From Octopus bimaculoides (taxonomy: Eukaryota): DNA of 64,000 nucleotides. Under the pieces are notes generated by a model. It was not told where the DNA came from. It saw only the letters and a program-made list of their open reading frames with translations, and searched no databases. The stretch spans positions 269,357-333,356 of the forward strand of contig NC_068992.1 of assembly GCF_001194135.2 (NCBI RefSeq), written 5' to 3'. The stretch's first letter is position 1; every line of letters begins with the position of its first letter. The translations under genes were made by a program, and so were the position numbers. Of this stretch, positions 25,704 to 36,760 are shown piece by piece.

Positions 25704-25750
<47 letters not shown>

Positions 25751-26157
25751 ATGTCTATGTGCGTGCATGTGTGTGCCTGCATGTGTATCTGTCTGTATGC
25801 ATAGCTGTGTGTGTGTGATTGTATGCATGAATGTGTGTATGTGTGTGTAACAAACTATGCCTATAATTTTGTGTGTGTGTAACTCACTGTGTACACCTGT
25901 GCACGCTTGTAATTGTCTATGTATGCAGTAGTACATATATTAGTATGCCAGCTTCTCTATGTCTATGTAGCCGTGTGTGTGTGTGTGTGCATGTGTGAGT
26001 GTTAGTAGTATGCAGTTATGTGTGTATGCGTATATACATATATTGCTGTATATATGTATGTGTTATGTGTAACTGTTTTCCTGTTTAGCTAACATGTGTG
26101 TGAAACTATGTGTATGTTTAAAATTAGTTGTATATATATATATATATATATATATAT

Positions 26158-26974
26158 NNNNNNNNNNNNNNNNNNNNNNNNNNNNNNNNNNNNNNNNNNN
26201 NNNNNNNNNNNNNNNNNNNNNNNNNNNNNNNNNNNNNNNNNNNNNNNNNNNNNNNNNNNNNNNNNNNNNNNNNNNNNNNNNNNNNNNNNNNNNNNNNNNN
26301 NNNNNNNNNNNNNNNNNNNNNNNNNNNNNNNNNNNNNNNNNNNNNNNNNNNNNNNNNNNNNNNNNNNNNNNNNNNNNNNNNNNNNNNNNNNNNNNNNNNN
26401 NNNNNNNNNNNNNNNNNNNNNNNNNNNNNNNNNNNNNNNNNNNNNNNNNNNNNNNNNNNNNNNNNNNNNNNNNNNNNNNNNNNNNNNNNNNNNNNNNNNN
26501 NNNNNNNNNNNNNNNNNNNNNNNNNNNNNNNNNNNNNNNNNNNNNNNNNNNNNNNNNNNNNNNNNNNNNNNNNNNNNNNNNNNNNNNNNNNNNNNNNNNN
26601 NNNNNNNNNNNNNNNNNNNNNNNNNNNNNNNNNNNNNNNNNNNNNNNNNNNNNNNNNNNNNNNNNNNNNNNNNNNNNNNNNNNNNNNNNNNNNNNNNNNN
26701 NNNNNNNNNNNNNNNNNNNNNNNNNNNNNNNNNNNNNNNNNNNNNNNNNNNNNNNNNNNNNNNNNNNNNNNNNNNNNNNNNNNNNNNNNNNNNNNNNNNN
26801 NNNNNNNNNNNNNNNNNNNNNNNNNNNNNNNNNNNNNNNNNNNNNNNNNNNNNNNNNNNNNNNNNNNNNNNNNNNNNNNNNNNNNNNNNNNNNNNNNNNN
26901 NNNNNNNNNNNNNNNNNNNNNNNNNNNNNNNNNNNNNNNNNNNNNNNNNNNNNNNNNNNNNNNNNNNNNNNNNN
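26158..26974. other. Assembly gap (others: 9488-9588, 24702-25049, 25694-25703, 37482-38079, 54227-54236, 55526-55539, 58568-58577)
   Basis: Runs of N. Confidence 1.
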
Positions 26975-27018
<44 letters not shown>

Positions 27019-27047
27019 AACATACATACATACATGATGATATATAA

Positions 27048-27109
<62 letters not shown>

Positions 27110-27234
27110 GAAATTATAATAAGGGTGCTGAATGGTTCAACACCAGTCTGCTAGAAGGAGACCCTAATGGTCTATGAACCCCTTAGATTATTACTCCACT
27201 ACACAAGGTTGTAAGCAAGGAAAAAAGGATTTAT

Positions 27235-28395
27235 AAAATAATTGCAAGGCCTCTCTTCCAAAATTCATTTGTCCATGACGAAAAATATCAGCACTGTTCT
27301 GATGTCATCTAGAGAATTCCTATTGTTTCCTTCCAAATGATTTTGAAGGCAGCAGAATAAATGATAATCAGATGGGGAAATGTCTGGCGAATATGGTGAG
27401 TGGGGCATTGTTTCCATTCAAATTGCTCCAGCCTTTGGATTGTCATCCTCTCTGTATGTGACCAAACATTATCCTGATAGAAGAAAACCTTTCGAATTGA
27501 AACCAAATATGGTCGGTTTTTTTTTTCTAGCAATGACTCAAACTGCTCAAGCTGCTCACAGTAGATTTCCTTTGTTACTATTTGGTTTGAGTTTAAAAGT
27601 TCAAAGTGGACTAAACCTTTCATATTCCACCAGACAAATAACAACACCTTATGTGGGTGATGACATTTTTTAGCCTGGGGTATCAGTGTTTCTCCTTTCC
27701 CTGCCCGCTGTTTTCAGTGCTTAACATTTTTATAGAGAACCCATTTCTTGCCACAAGTCACTATTGGGTCAAAGAAAGGTTCATTCGGGAGACATGACAG
27801 CGAGGAAGAACACTCATTCGCTCTCCGCATGCGATTTGACTTGGAAAGTTTGTGAGGAACCCATTGACCCAATTTGCTGACTTTTCCGGTGGCACACAGG
27901 TGTTGATGAATGGTTGAATGACCAAATCCAAGATTCTTTGCTGGTTTTTCAGCAATTACAATGGGTTTTTGTTCTACCAGGGTTTGCAGGATGTGCTCGC
28001 CGAGCTCTATAGATCATCCAGGATGCAGCTTGTCATCTAGGCTGTAAGTTTCCGACTCAGGATTTCTGGAATCACCGATTACACTGGCTTATGCTTATTG
28101 TTCAATCCTCATATACGGCATTAATGTTCCATACACTTTCCATTGCATTGTTGCCATTATTGAATTCATAAAGCAAATCATGCCAAATATGCTCCTTTGT
28201 CACTTCCATTACAGCTTTGAAAAAAATAACTGTTAAAATTGAACTGCACTCTTCAAAACTTGCACTAAGAATAAGGACAAGGTGAAATTATTACCTGCTT
28301 TTATTGCAAGTTGATGCAGGTAGTTTATCTTCTCCCCCTCCAAATTTTAGTTCATGCAATTGAATAAACTGCATTATTTATGGGATGACCCAATA
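27235..28395 (-). mobile_element. mariner (DD34D) transposon relic with 5' TIR
   Basis: Start MEVTKEHIWHDLLYEFNNGNNA at 28209; catalytic region LFVWWNMKGLVHFELL...YCEQL...FYQDNV, PPYSPDI-like motif. TIR TATTGGGTCATCCCATAAATAATGCAGTTTATT at 28363-28395. Multiple stops and shifts. Confidence 0.9.
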
Positions 28396-28848
28396 TTTTA
28401 AGGTCGTAAGTAGTTAGACTTTTTCCGACAGTGTTATTGGCTATAGTCTTATCTGAATAAACTAGATTATTTTCTTAATGTCGGTCCCAATGTTACAGAG
28501 ATTGTCTTCTTTATAAAGATAAGACCTGCTTAGATTTCATAATTTTGTTAAATCTACTGATCTTAAATCTACTCAAATATCTAAAATGCAAACAATCTTT
28601 ACATTGGTGTTTTAATATATTAATCTGATCTTGTCTAAATCTATCTTTCACATAACTCTATGAAGAGGATTACTAAATCATAGAGTTTAGAATAAATTTG
28701 AGATCAGTTCTTTAACAGGAGAAAGAGTAATGATATACAGTTTGCATGGGTTATGTTCCTAGACCATCTGCGAACAGTGAAAATCAGCAAATATTGGACA
28801 TGGTCCATAAAAATACTTATAAATATCAAAATATGACGTTTTATGAGG

Positions 28849-29172
28849 GCTTCCTGGAAAGTTCTGAGGTTGTGGGAGGAGACTTCCTGGAAAGCTCTGA
28901 GTGCTTTGAAAAGTTCCGAGGTTGTGGGAGGAGACTTCATGGAAAATTCCAGGGATTAGGGATAAGATTTCCTGGAAAGTTCCAAGAATGGGGAGGAGAC
29001 TTTATGGAAAACTCCAGGTATTTCCTGGAAAATTCCGATGATGTGAACGAGATCACCTGGAAAGTCCGACTGCAAGGTTATATGAGGGGAGTTCCTTTCT
29101 TGGAAAATTCCGATGATGTTTATGAGATAACCTGGAAAGTTCCGAGGTTATATGAGGAGATTTCCTGGAAAA
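28849..29172 (+). repeat. Degenerate ~33-bp minisatellite containing TTCCTGGAAAGTTCC motifs
   Basis: Exact TTCCTGGAA at 28851, 28884, 28969, 29022 and 29162; variants at 28936, 29001, 29054, 29097 and 29129. Confidence 0.9.
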
Positions 29173-29184
29173 GTACAAGGAAAG

Positions 29185-29520
29185 ATCAATCACGTAAAAA
29201 GTACCATCTGAACGTGGCTGATGCCAGTGCCACCTGACAGGCTCCCATGCCAGTGGCATGTAAAAAGCACCCACTACATTCTTGGAGTGGTTGGCATTAA
29301 GAAGGCATCCAGCTGTAGCAATACTGCCAGATCAGACTGGAGCCTGGTGCAGCCTCCTGGCCTCCCAGACCCCAGTCAAACCATCCAACCCATGCCCACA
29401 TGGAAAATGGCCATTAAATGATGATGATGACGACGATGGTGATGGTGATGATGACGATGATGGTGATGATGATGATGATGATGATGAGGGTGATGATGAT
29501 GATGATGATGATGATGAGTT
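29185..29520 (+). mobile_element. SINE family B with long (GAT)n tail
   Basis: GTAAAAAGCACCCACTAC...AAGAAGGCATCCAGCTGTAG...AACCCATGCC..ATGGAAAA plus (GAT)n. Confidence 0.85.
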
Positions 29521-29764
29521 GAGTGGGATTTCAAGGTTCACCTCTGACAGCTTCTTCAATGCTTGAATAAGCTGCGTGTTTTTTAGTCCAGTTATTAGAT
29601 ATGTTAGAATTATTAATGAACTTGGCATATATTTTGGAAAGAATTAAAAGATTAATGATGCTTATGGAAAAAAAAAATGTTTCTGTTAGGAAAATGTAAC
29701 TTTAGATGTTCCAATTGTTGCTTAGGGAAACAGTGAAATCTGAGAAAATTTTGAATAATTTCTA

Positions 29765-30010
29765 ATTTACATCATTTACATTTGACGGATATTTGTCCTC
29801 ATCTTGTTTGTTGTTAACATAACATTTTGGCTGATATACCCTCCAGCCTTCATCAGGTATCTTAGGGAAATTTCGAACCTAGGTTCTCATTCCTAAGGTA
29901 TTTTTCGATGATGTTGTTGTTATTATTATTATTATTATTATCATTATTCAGGTCACTATGCCATATGCCCGTGGGTATATGGCATAGTGGTTAAGAGCAT
30001 GGGCTACCCC
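29765..30010 (-). mobile_element. Repeat family D copy 4 with an inverted head fragment
   Basis: Reverse complement: AAGATACCTGATGAAGGCTGGAGGGTATATCAGCCAAAATGTTATGTTAACAAC. 13-bp inverted repeat at 29954-29966/29977-29989, then a plus-oriented head TGGCATAGTGGTTAAGAGC. Confidence 0.85.
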
Positions 30011-30034
30011 AAGGGTACTCTTAAGTGGGCCAGT

Positions 30035-30470
30035 TTTGCGACACTGGCACTGGCTACAGTTATGATTTCACTTGGCTTGCTGGATCTTCTCAAGCACATC
30101 TCTAAGGGTCTTGGTTGTTTGTCATTGCCTCTGTAAGGCCTAACGCTCAAAGGTCATACTTCACCATCTCATCCCAGGTCTTCCTCTTCCACAGGTTACC
30201 AACACTGTTAGGATATGACACTTCTTCACACAGCTGTCCTCATCCACACACAATTCATGACCATACCAGCGCAGTCGTCTCTCTTGCATACCACATCTGA
30301 TGCTTCTTAGGTCCAACTTTTCTCTCAGGGCACTTACACTCTGTCATGTATGTACAGACAATTACACACCCAGCAGAGAATACTAGCTTCATTTTTTTCA
30401 ATCCAACATGTCTTCAAGCAGTTACAGCCAATGTTTCACTGCTGTGTAGCATGGCTGTTTGCACCACTAC
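30035..30470 (-). mobile_element. RTE-clade LINE 3' end
   Basis: Reverse complement encodes EASILCWVCNCL...QERRLRWYGHEL..DEDSCVKKC...GRGRPGMRW-like sequence. Confidence 0.85.
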
Positions 30471-30563
30471 TATGGCAATCTGTTAATAAACCCGTTCCTA
30501 TTTAGTATGTGTGAGACATTTCTTTTGTGGTTCAGTTTATATTTCTATAATTAAGGTTTATAT

Positions 30564-30789
30564 TTAACCGTTTTGATACCAATCTACCTGAAACCGCCTC
30601 TGGCTTTGTAATACAAACACCTTGTTTTCAAATTTCTGAATTAAAATTTTCCACTAAACCTTAGTCACAATTTATGTTCCTAACACTAACTTAATGATAA
30701 AGTTATTTTACTAAATTCTTTGTTTTATTTAAAAGTAATTGAAAGAAACACAGAGCATCTCAACAGGAATATGGTAACAAAAGGGTTAA
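30564..30789. mobile_element. piggyBac-like MITE
   Basis: TTAACCG...AAAGGG|TTAA; body homologous to 11943-12171. Confidence 0.8.
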
Positions 30790-31401
30790 TAGATATTGGT
30801 CTGTATTGGTTTATTCCCATGTCATGTAGTTTTAAAATGATTGAAGCCTAATAGTTAAAGTGATACGTTATTTCATTAGATTACATTTGGTTTATATTAA
30901 TTACATTTCTATATTTGAAGTATGTTTTACAGGTTGTTTGATAGCAATGTTCCTTAATCTATGTTTACAGTTCTAGGTTGATTGTTCCTTATATTATTTT
31001 CTGTTTTGTGTACTTGTAACACGTGTTTAGGATTATTTTTTAATAACTTCTGTTCAATATATTCAATTTGCATGTTTGTCTCTTTTAATGTCTTCTGGGT
31101 TTTTAAGTTCTACAGTTCTTAGAGTAGAATGTCCATTTTGAGATTTCACTGTTTCCAAAAATTTATTTTAAAATTTCTATGATTCATGCTATATGATAAT
31201 TTAAGAGATGTGACACGAAGTCGATGTAGACATAATGAACACACCCCACTAATGTTATATCATTACTGAAATACATTGCTTGGTTATTATTTTATTGAAA
31301 GACAAAATACAGACTCAACCTCTGAAGGATTTCAAATGAGGACATAAAAAGATATATTTAATTTGTCTGTCTTTACAAATTTTAATAAAAACATTTTTAG
31401 T

Positions 31402-32500
31402 TTATTCACTAATTGGCACTTTGTATAAAAACTCCCCATTCTCATCATAATATGCATTATCCTTTTTGTATAGAGTTCCCTTTGATCCTTTAACATGTTC
31501 AGGTATATTTACATAATCTTCAACAGTAAAACCAGAAAAATCAGGCATTCTCTCAGGACTATCTGCAACAGGTAGAGCACTGGATGTTGACTTAGAGAGT
31601 AATTCCTCCAACAGTGAATCACTATTCTGTTCTGAATGTTGTTCATTTTTGTAATTAGTTTCTGTCAGTGATGATGTTTTAATATTCTTTACCTTTTCAG
31701 TGCCAATTAACTGATAGGCCTCCAAGTAAGTGAGATCGGACAAACTAATGTTGCCACTCTTTATTTTTCTCTGTATTTTTCTTGGAACATTTTTCAGGTG
31801 TTCTTCTGTTATTTGATTAGGAAGATTTTCTGAAGGTTCTAAGTGAGAATTTCTTGCTTGAACATCAGTTTCTTTCATTTCATAATCAATAGATGACCAA
31901 TCTAGCTTTGACTCGTTACACTCTTCATTAGGTATCTTGGCACTTGTATCTTGCTCAGTTGGCATCAGCTTAACCAAAGTTTGTTTGTTGCTGCTATTAC
32001 AAACATAATTTTGCTTTTCAGAAAATCTTTCATAATTTTGTAAAATGCTTTCAAATCTACCCATTTTCTTTTCAGAATTTTCTGCTGATATATGCATTTC
32101 AGAAGGCAATTTGGGAGCTTCCATTAATCCTCCAGCATTTTTCAGTAATTCCAATTTACCTGATTCTATCAAATGTTTGAATTCAGGACTAACGACTCTT
32201 TTATTTAACGACAGTTCTTCCTTCAGCTTTTTCCACTTCTTTTTGACATTGGAATCATGTTTTAAAATTTCCTCAGATTTCATCACATAAGTAGAGGACA
32301 GTAATTTAATTAAACCACTTTTACTAATAGGAAAGCTCTGAGACAGTCTTTCAAGAGTCCATTCTTCAGGATATTCAGCATTTAAGAAACGGATTTGTTC
32401 TTTGGCCCTCCATGTTAGGAAGTTTACTTCTTGAGGACTTTTGAAGTATTTGCGTTGCATGATCTTTAGTTTTACCTTCTTTTTCTCCTGTTCAATTATC
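31402..32500 (-). CDS. NGRN: Neugrin, coding exon 2 (terminal)
   Basis: Acceptor TTACTTGCAG|G at 32501/32500, phase matches exon 1 (AG+G=Arg). FLTWRAKEQIRFLNAEYPEEWTLERLSQSFPISKSGLIKLLSS matches the neugrin domain (human LTWEAMEQIRYLHEEFPESWSVPRLAEGF). Stop at 31402-31404. Confidence 0.92.
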
Positions 32501-33323
32501 CTGCAAGTAAGACAAAGAAAAATTTTTAATTTCTCAAATAAGATTCCATTTTTACAGTTTTATATATTAAAAAAAATATTTAAAAAAAAACTTTACGGTA
32601 TTTACTTCCAATAATGTCTTAACTTAATACTTTATTTATCATTGCGTTCTGGAAGTACACATCATCATTTAATGCCCATCTTCCATGCTGGTATGGGTTG
32701 GACAGTATAACAGGAGCTGGTAAGCCACAAGACTGTACCTAGCCCCACTGTCTGTTTCGGTATGTTTTCACAGCTGGATGCCCTTCCTAATGTCAACCAC
32801 TTTACAGAGTGGACTACATGTTTTTTTATATGGCACCAGCACCGGCAAGGTCTGTTTTGGTATAGCTTTTACAGCTGGATGCCCTTCCAAACACCAACCA
32901 CATTACAGAGTGGATTGGATGTGTTTTATGGGGCAACAGCAGCACTGTCAAGGTCACCAAGTGATTTGTAAGACAAAATCTTACAAACTCCGATATAGTT
33001 AGACTCTGCATTATCTGGAGCATATTTGTAAATAATTTCATTAAAAATATCCATTTCTCTGGAAGTTATAAGGAAACAAGATCGGCGGGACACACACACA
33101 CTTGTGTAGGTATGTCCACAAACCTACGAATTCTAATAATTAACCTTATTGTCGTTAATTTCATGCGCAATAAAGTTGGTAGAAGTTTAAAGACAATCGT
33201 CCTACTTATAAAGATGAACAATAAACAGAACTAAACATACCTTTCAACATAATCAGAATATGACTTGATTCAGAGTTGATTTAACAACATACAGCCAAAA
33301 TAATTTTTAAAAAAACATTATAT

Positions 33324-33415
33324 GGTGGAGGTAAAGAATACGCACACCACCCGTTTTGGACGAAACCCTAATCCTGACCCCTAACCACCGGGTGTACGTA
33401 TTCTTTACTTTCACC
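33324..33415. mobile_element. ~92-bp MITE in the NGRN intron
   Basis: 25-bp imperfect TIRs GGTGGAGGTAAAGAATACGCACACC / GGTGTACGTATTCTTTACTTTCACC; internal CCCTAA-like motifs. Confidence 0.7.
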
Positions 33416-33734
33416 GTTTATATTTAAGAAAGTAATATAAGCATTTTTTTTTCTTTTGCTTGTTTTCATGAAACTTGCGGTTAAACGTTGTCATAATTTA
33501 CCTCCCTAAACCCAACAGACAAAATGGGAAAGGCGTTACCCCAGATGATGATCAGGGAGATGCAATGAAGCAGTCTGACTCGTGGGACTCGCACTTGCGG
33601 ACGGGCGCAGGGATATGGTCTGCTAGTCAAGGACGACGGAGGTCTCCAGTACGCTCGACCATAAGCTTATAGACCTTCAAATAAACGTATCACACACTAT
33701 TGCAGTTTCCGAAAATCAAATGCATAACCCTAAC

Positions 33735-33985
33735 CTTTTAAGATCCAATTTCGACCGAAGTTTGTTGTCGGGGCTGTTATAATAATCATCGAAACATTCA
33801 TCCAGGTCATTGTCAGGGTCCATCAATGTCATTTCCTCTTTTTCTGTTGGTAATTCAAGAGGGTTTGGTTGCAATCGCTGTTTCCTTGCATAACCACGAT
33901 TGCAAATAATAACTTTTGGCTGAACAGGAAAAACATATTTTGCTGACAAGACCCGACGAGACACAAAACACAGACACTTGGCCAT
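33735..33985 (-). CDS. NGRN: Neugrin, coding exon 1 (mitochondrial presequence-like N-terminus)
   Basis: ATG at 33985; basic MAKCLCFVSRRVLSAKY...RGYARK then acidic DPDNDLDECFDD; donor AAAAG|GTTAGG. 251 nt + 1099 nt = 450 codons. Confidence 0.85.
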
Positions 33986-34369
33986 GTTTAATGAACGAAC
34001 ACCGCCGGTGTTGATGGAACATTAGTTCCTGGTTAATAATTTACTACAGATGTTGCACCATACGATTGTGACACAAGATGGATCTCTCAATCATATTGTT
34101 GAACATAACAGATTTAAAATAATTCCCAGGGAGTTGAACAAACAACTTAGTTTCGATTTTTCCGTCCCAGTCATTTCTCTTATGCGTCTTCTATTCTTTG
34201 CTAAGGCATGTTATCTTACACAGTCTTATCACCCTTTACCTTTCGAAGTCGTAGCCACATGTAAGAAATCAATACTTTATGTCACAATAGAGTTATAAAC
34301 TCTTTCGACCTCATCATCATCCGTCCGTTTTCCATGCTGGCTTTGATTGGACAGTTTGACAGGAGCTTT

Positions 34370-34986
34370 AATTCTTTATTGCCTGCCAGAGGCCAACACA
34401 GAAGGGGACAATACAAATAACTGGGGGGTCGCGGTATGATTAAAACATAGAGATGACAATATAATAAAAATTTATGAATAACACGAATGAAATACAATAC
34501 TTCTATGGCTTACATTCAAGAAGGTTCACTTATTCTCAACTCTCGCACCATATCCTTCCATCTTTTTCCACATATATCACGCGACAGGCACCTCTTCTCC
34601 AGTCTTATTTTCCTTTTTAAGATGAAAAAAAAAAAAAAAAACTCACTGGAGCAAGACCGGAGACGAAGTTGTCTGTCGCTACTCCTTTCATTCGTGTTTT
34701 TCAAACTATCCCTTTCGCTATAGCAACCACAGTGAGAAAAAAAAACCTTTCCTTCTCGGTTAAAGGAGGAAGGTAGAACAATTTTAATGATTGACTCGGA
34801 GGACAGTTGTATTCCTCCTAGACATGACAGCAACTGTTCGGCATAAACCCACATTTCCGAAATTCTAGGACACTGCACAATCGCGTGCAGAACGGTTTCG
34901 TCGTTCTGCTTGCACCTTGGGCACGTGGGCAGGCAAGAAGCACCATGCCTTGCGACTTTATCGCGAAGTTTAATAGGAGCTTGCAT
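34370..34986 (-). mobile_element. Tx1/L1-clade LINE 3' end with CCHC (zf-RVT) finger
   Basis: KLRDKVARHG...CPRCKQNDETVLHAIVQCPRISEMW; 3' UTR ends GGCAATAAAG. Confidence 0.85.
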
Positions 34987-36020
34987 GCAACAAAGGATGT
35001 CTCAAAGAAATGTAGACATACATTAACAGCTCACTTAATTCTCATTTCTTTGGGGATTTAACTCATTAAAAGTAATGAGGGGCGCTCACGCATCGGACAA
35101 AATGCAGACGATATGCATATGAAAGAGTAACGTTGTGAAACTGCTGGAAATAAAATAATAATGTTATTATATTTGGTGTCGGCTCGGCTAGAAAGAGTGT
35201 TGTCCGGGCAACACCCCTGCATCCGCCACTATACACACACACACTCTCTCTTTCTCTCCCCCCTCGCTGGGTTTCTGTTCTGTTGTAGGGTAGCAAATTT
35301 CTCTCAAAGAATAAATCACTTCAAAGCTGGTGCTCTGCTATGAGACCTATAGCGCCCCCTCAGCTAATTAAATAAAAAATAAAAAAAGGGATGTAGCTTG
35401 AGTGACCTTCCGTAGAACATTCTGCATCAGTCCATGAATTTCTGTATGACGTGGAAGTGAGTGAGCTTTGGATGAAAATCGTTGAGTGTATGTAGGTTGT
35501 TCTTACAACCGTCCCCCGGTTATAAGATGTATTGTTTTTATTTCAAGGTATTGTATACAATGTCTCATATATAACATTGAGAAACTATTATCTGTAAAGT
35601 TGCAGCATACACCACAATAAATAAAACCATTACTGTTCCTGTTTAAGCATTTTCTTCGAGTTGTTTTGTTCTGTTGAACTTTGAGAAGTTTTCACCTAGA
35701 AGATGAATATGTTATAGTGATCCTGCCAAAGTTTCCTTCAAAGCTAAATTAGTGGTTGGCATGCCAGAGGTGTCTACTGGAGTAGACAACGCAAAGTCTG
35801 ATTCGCTAAAGACCGAACACAGAAGCACGTAGTTAGAAATCGAACTTTTTAACCATATATCCATGTGCCTCTTTTTCTGTGAATGTCTTTCGTTTCCTTG
35901 CCTTTTTTCTTCTTCTGTAGAATGTGAAACTCTTTGAGGCAGCTGCTATACTCCATTCACTGGAACTCTGGATTCAAAACTAGCCATATAACATTTCTCT
36001 GATACGAAAATAAGGATTAT

Positions 36021-36232
36021 GGCGGCGACCTGGCAGAAACGTTAGCACGCCGGACGAAGTGCTTAACGGTATTTCGCCCATCGCTACGTTCTGATTTCAA
36101 ATTCCGCCGAGGTCGACTTGACCTTTTATTCTTTCGGAGTCGATAAATTAAGTACCAGTTGCGTACTGGGGATCGATCAAATCGACTGCCCCTTCCCCAA
36201 AATGTCAGATCTTGTGCCTTGAGTAGAAAGAA
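36021..36232 (+). mobile_element. SINE family A, near full length and CpG-rich (young)
   Basis: GGCGGCGACCTGGCAGAAACGTTAGCACGCCGG...TTCAAATTCCGCCGAGGTCGAC...GTAGAAAGAAT. Confidence 0.9.
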
Positions 36233-36723
36233 TATGAAAATAACGATGTTATGCAGCATGTTAAGAGTTGTACAGTAGCAGAATAATATTATGGATAGAT
36301 TAAGTCTTTGATTTCAATTCATAGTTAAGTTTATTTATTTATTTTTATGTAAAGTGACAAATAAAGATCACAACTCTCAGGATAGAATCTGGGACAAATT
36401 TATAAGAAGGGCTACAGCTTTCAGAAAGTTTGTCTCCTAAGGCAATACTACATATGTGAACTTTTTACTCTATCCAAAGAGTCAAATATTTCCAACGAAA
36501 TTCGGTTTGCGACAAAACAATATATTTATTGGTTCTCCATAAACTTTCGACCATCTTAGTTCTTAAAATATCCATGGGATGTCCAAGAATGCTGCTGAAT
36601 AATCTCGTCTTCAGCTAAAGTGTAAATAATACAAGGGAAGAAACTATGCAATCTGAATTTGTTCTTCTGCACCGAATTTTCTCCCTTGTAAAATATTACT
36701 TGTTCAGCAACTTTTATATATCT

Positions 36724-36759
<36 letters not shown>

Positions 36760-36760
36760 C

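Noticed and set aside
24345-27111. 300-aa ORFs (also 37436-38179)
   Set aside because: They span N-gaps.
28746-29237. 163-aa ORF with FLESSE repeats, or a CRISPR-like array
   Set aside because: It is the translation of a degenerate minisatellite; there are no identical repeats with unique spacers and the context is eukaryotic.
33545-33578. Box C/D pair in the NGRN intron
   Set aside because: Only 34 nt apart and antisense to the host gene.
33725-33734. Telomerase template-like TAACCCTAAC
   Set aside because: It is the reverse complement of the NGRN splice donor region; no pseudoknot or H/ACA context seen.
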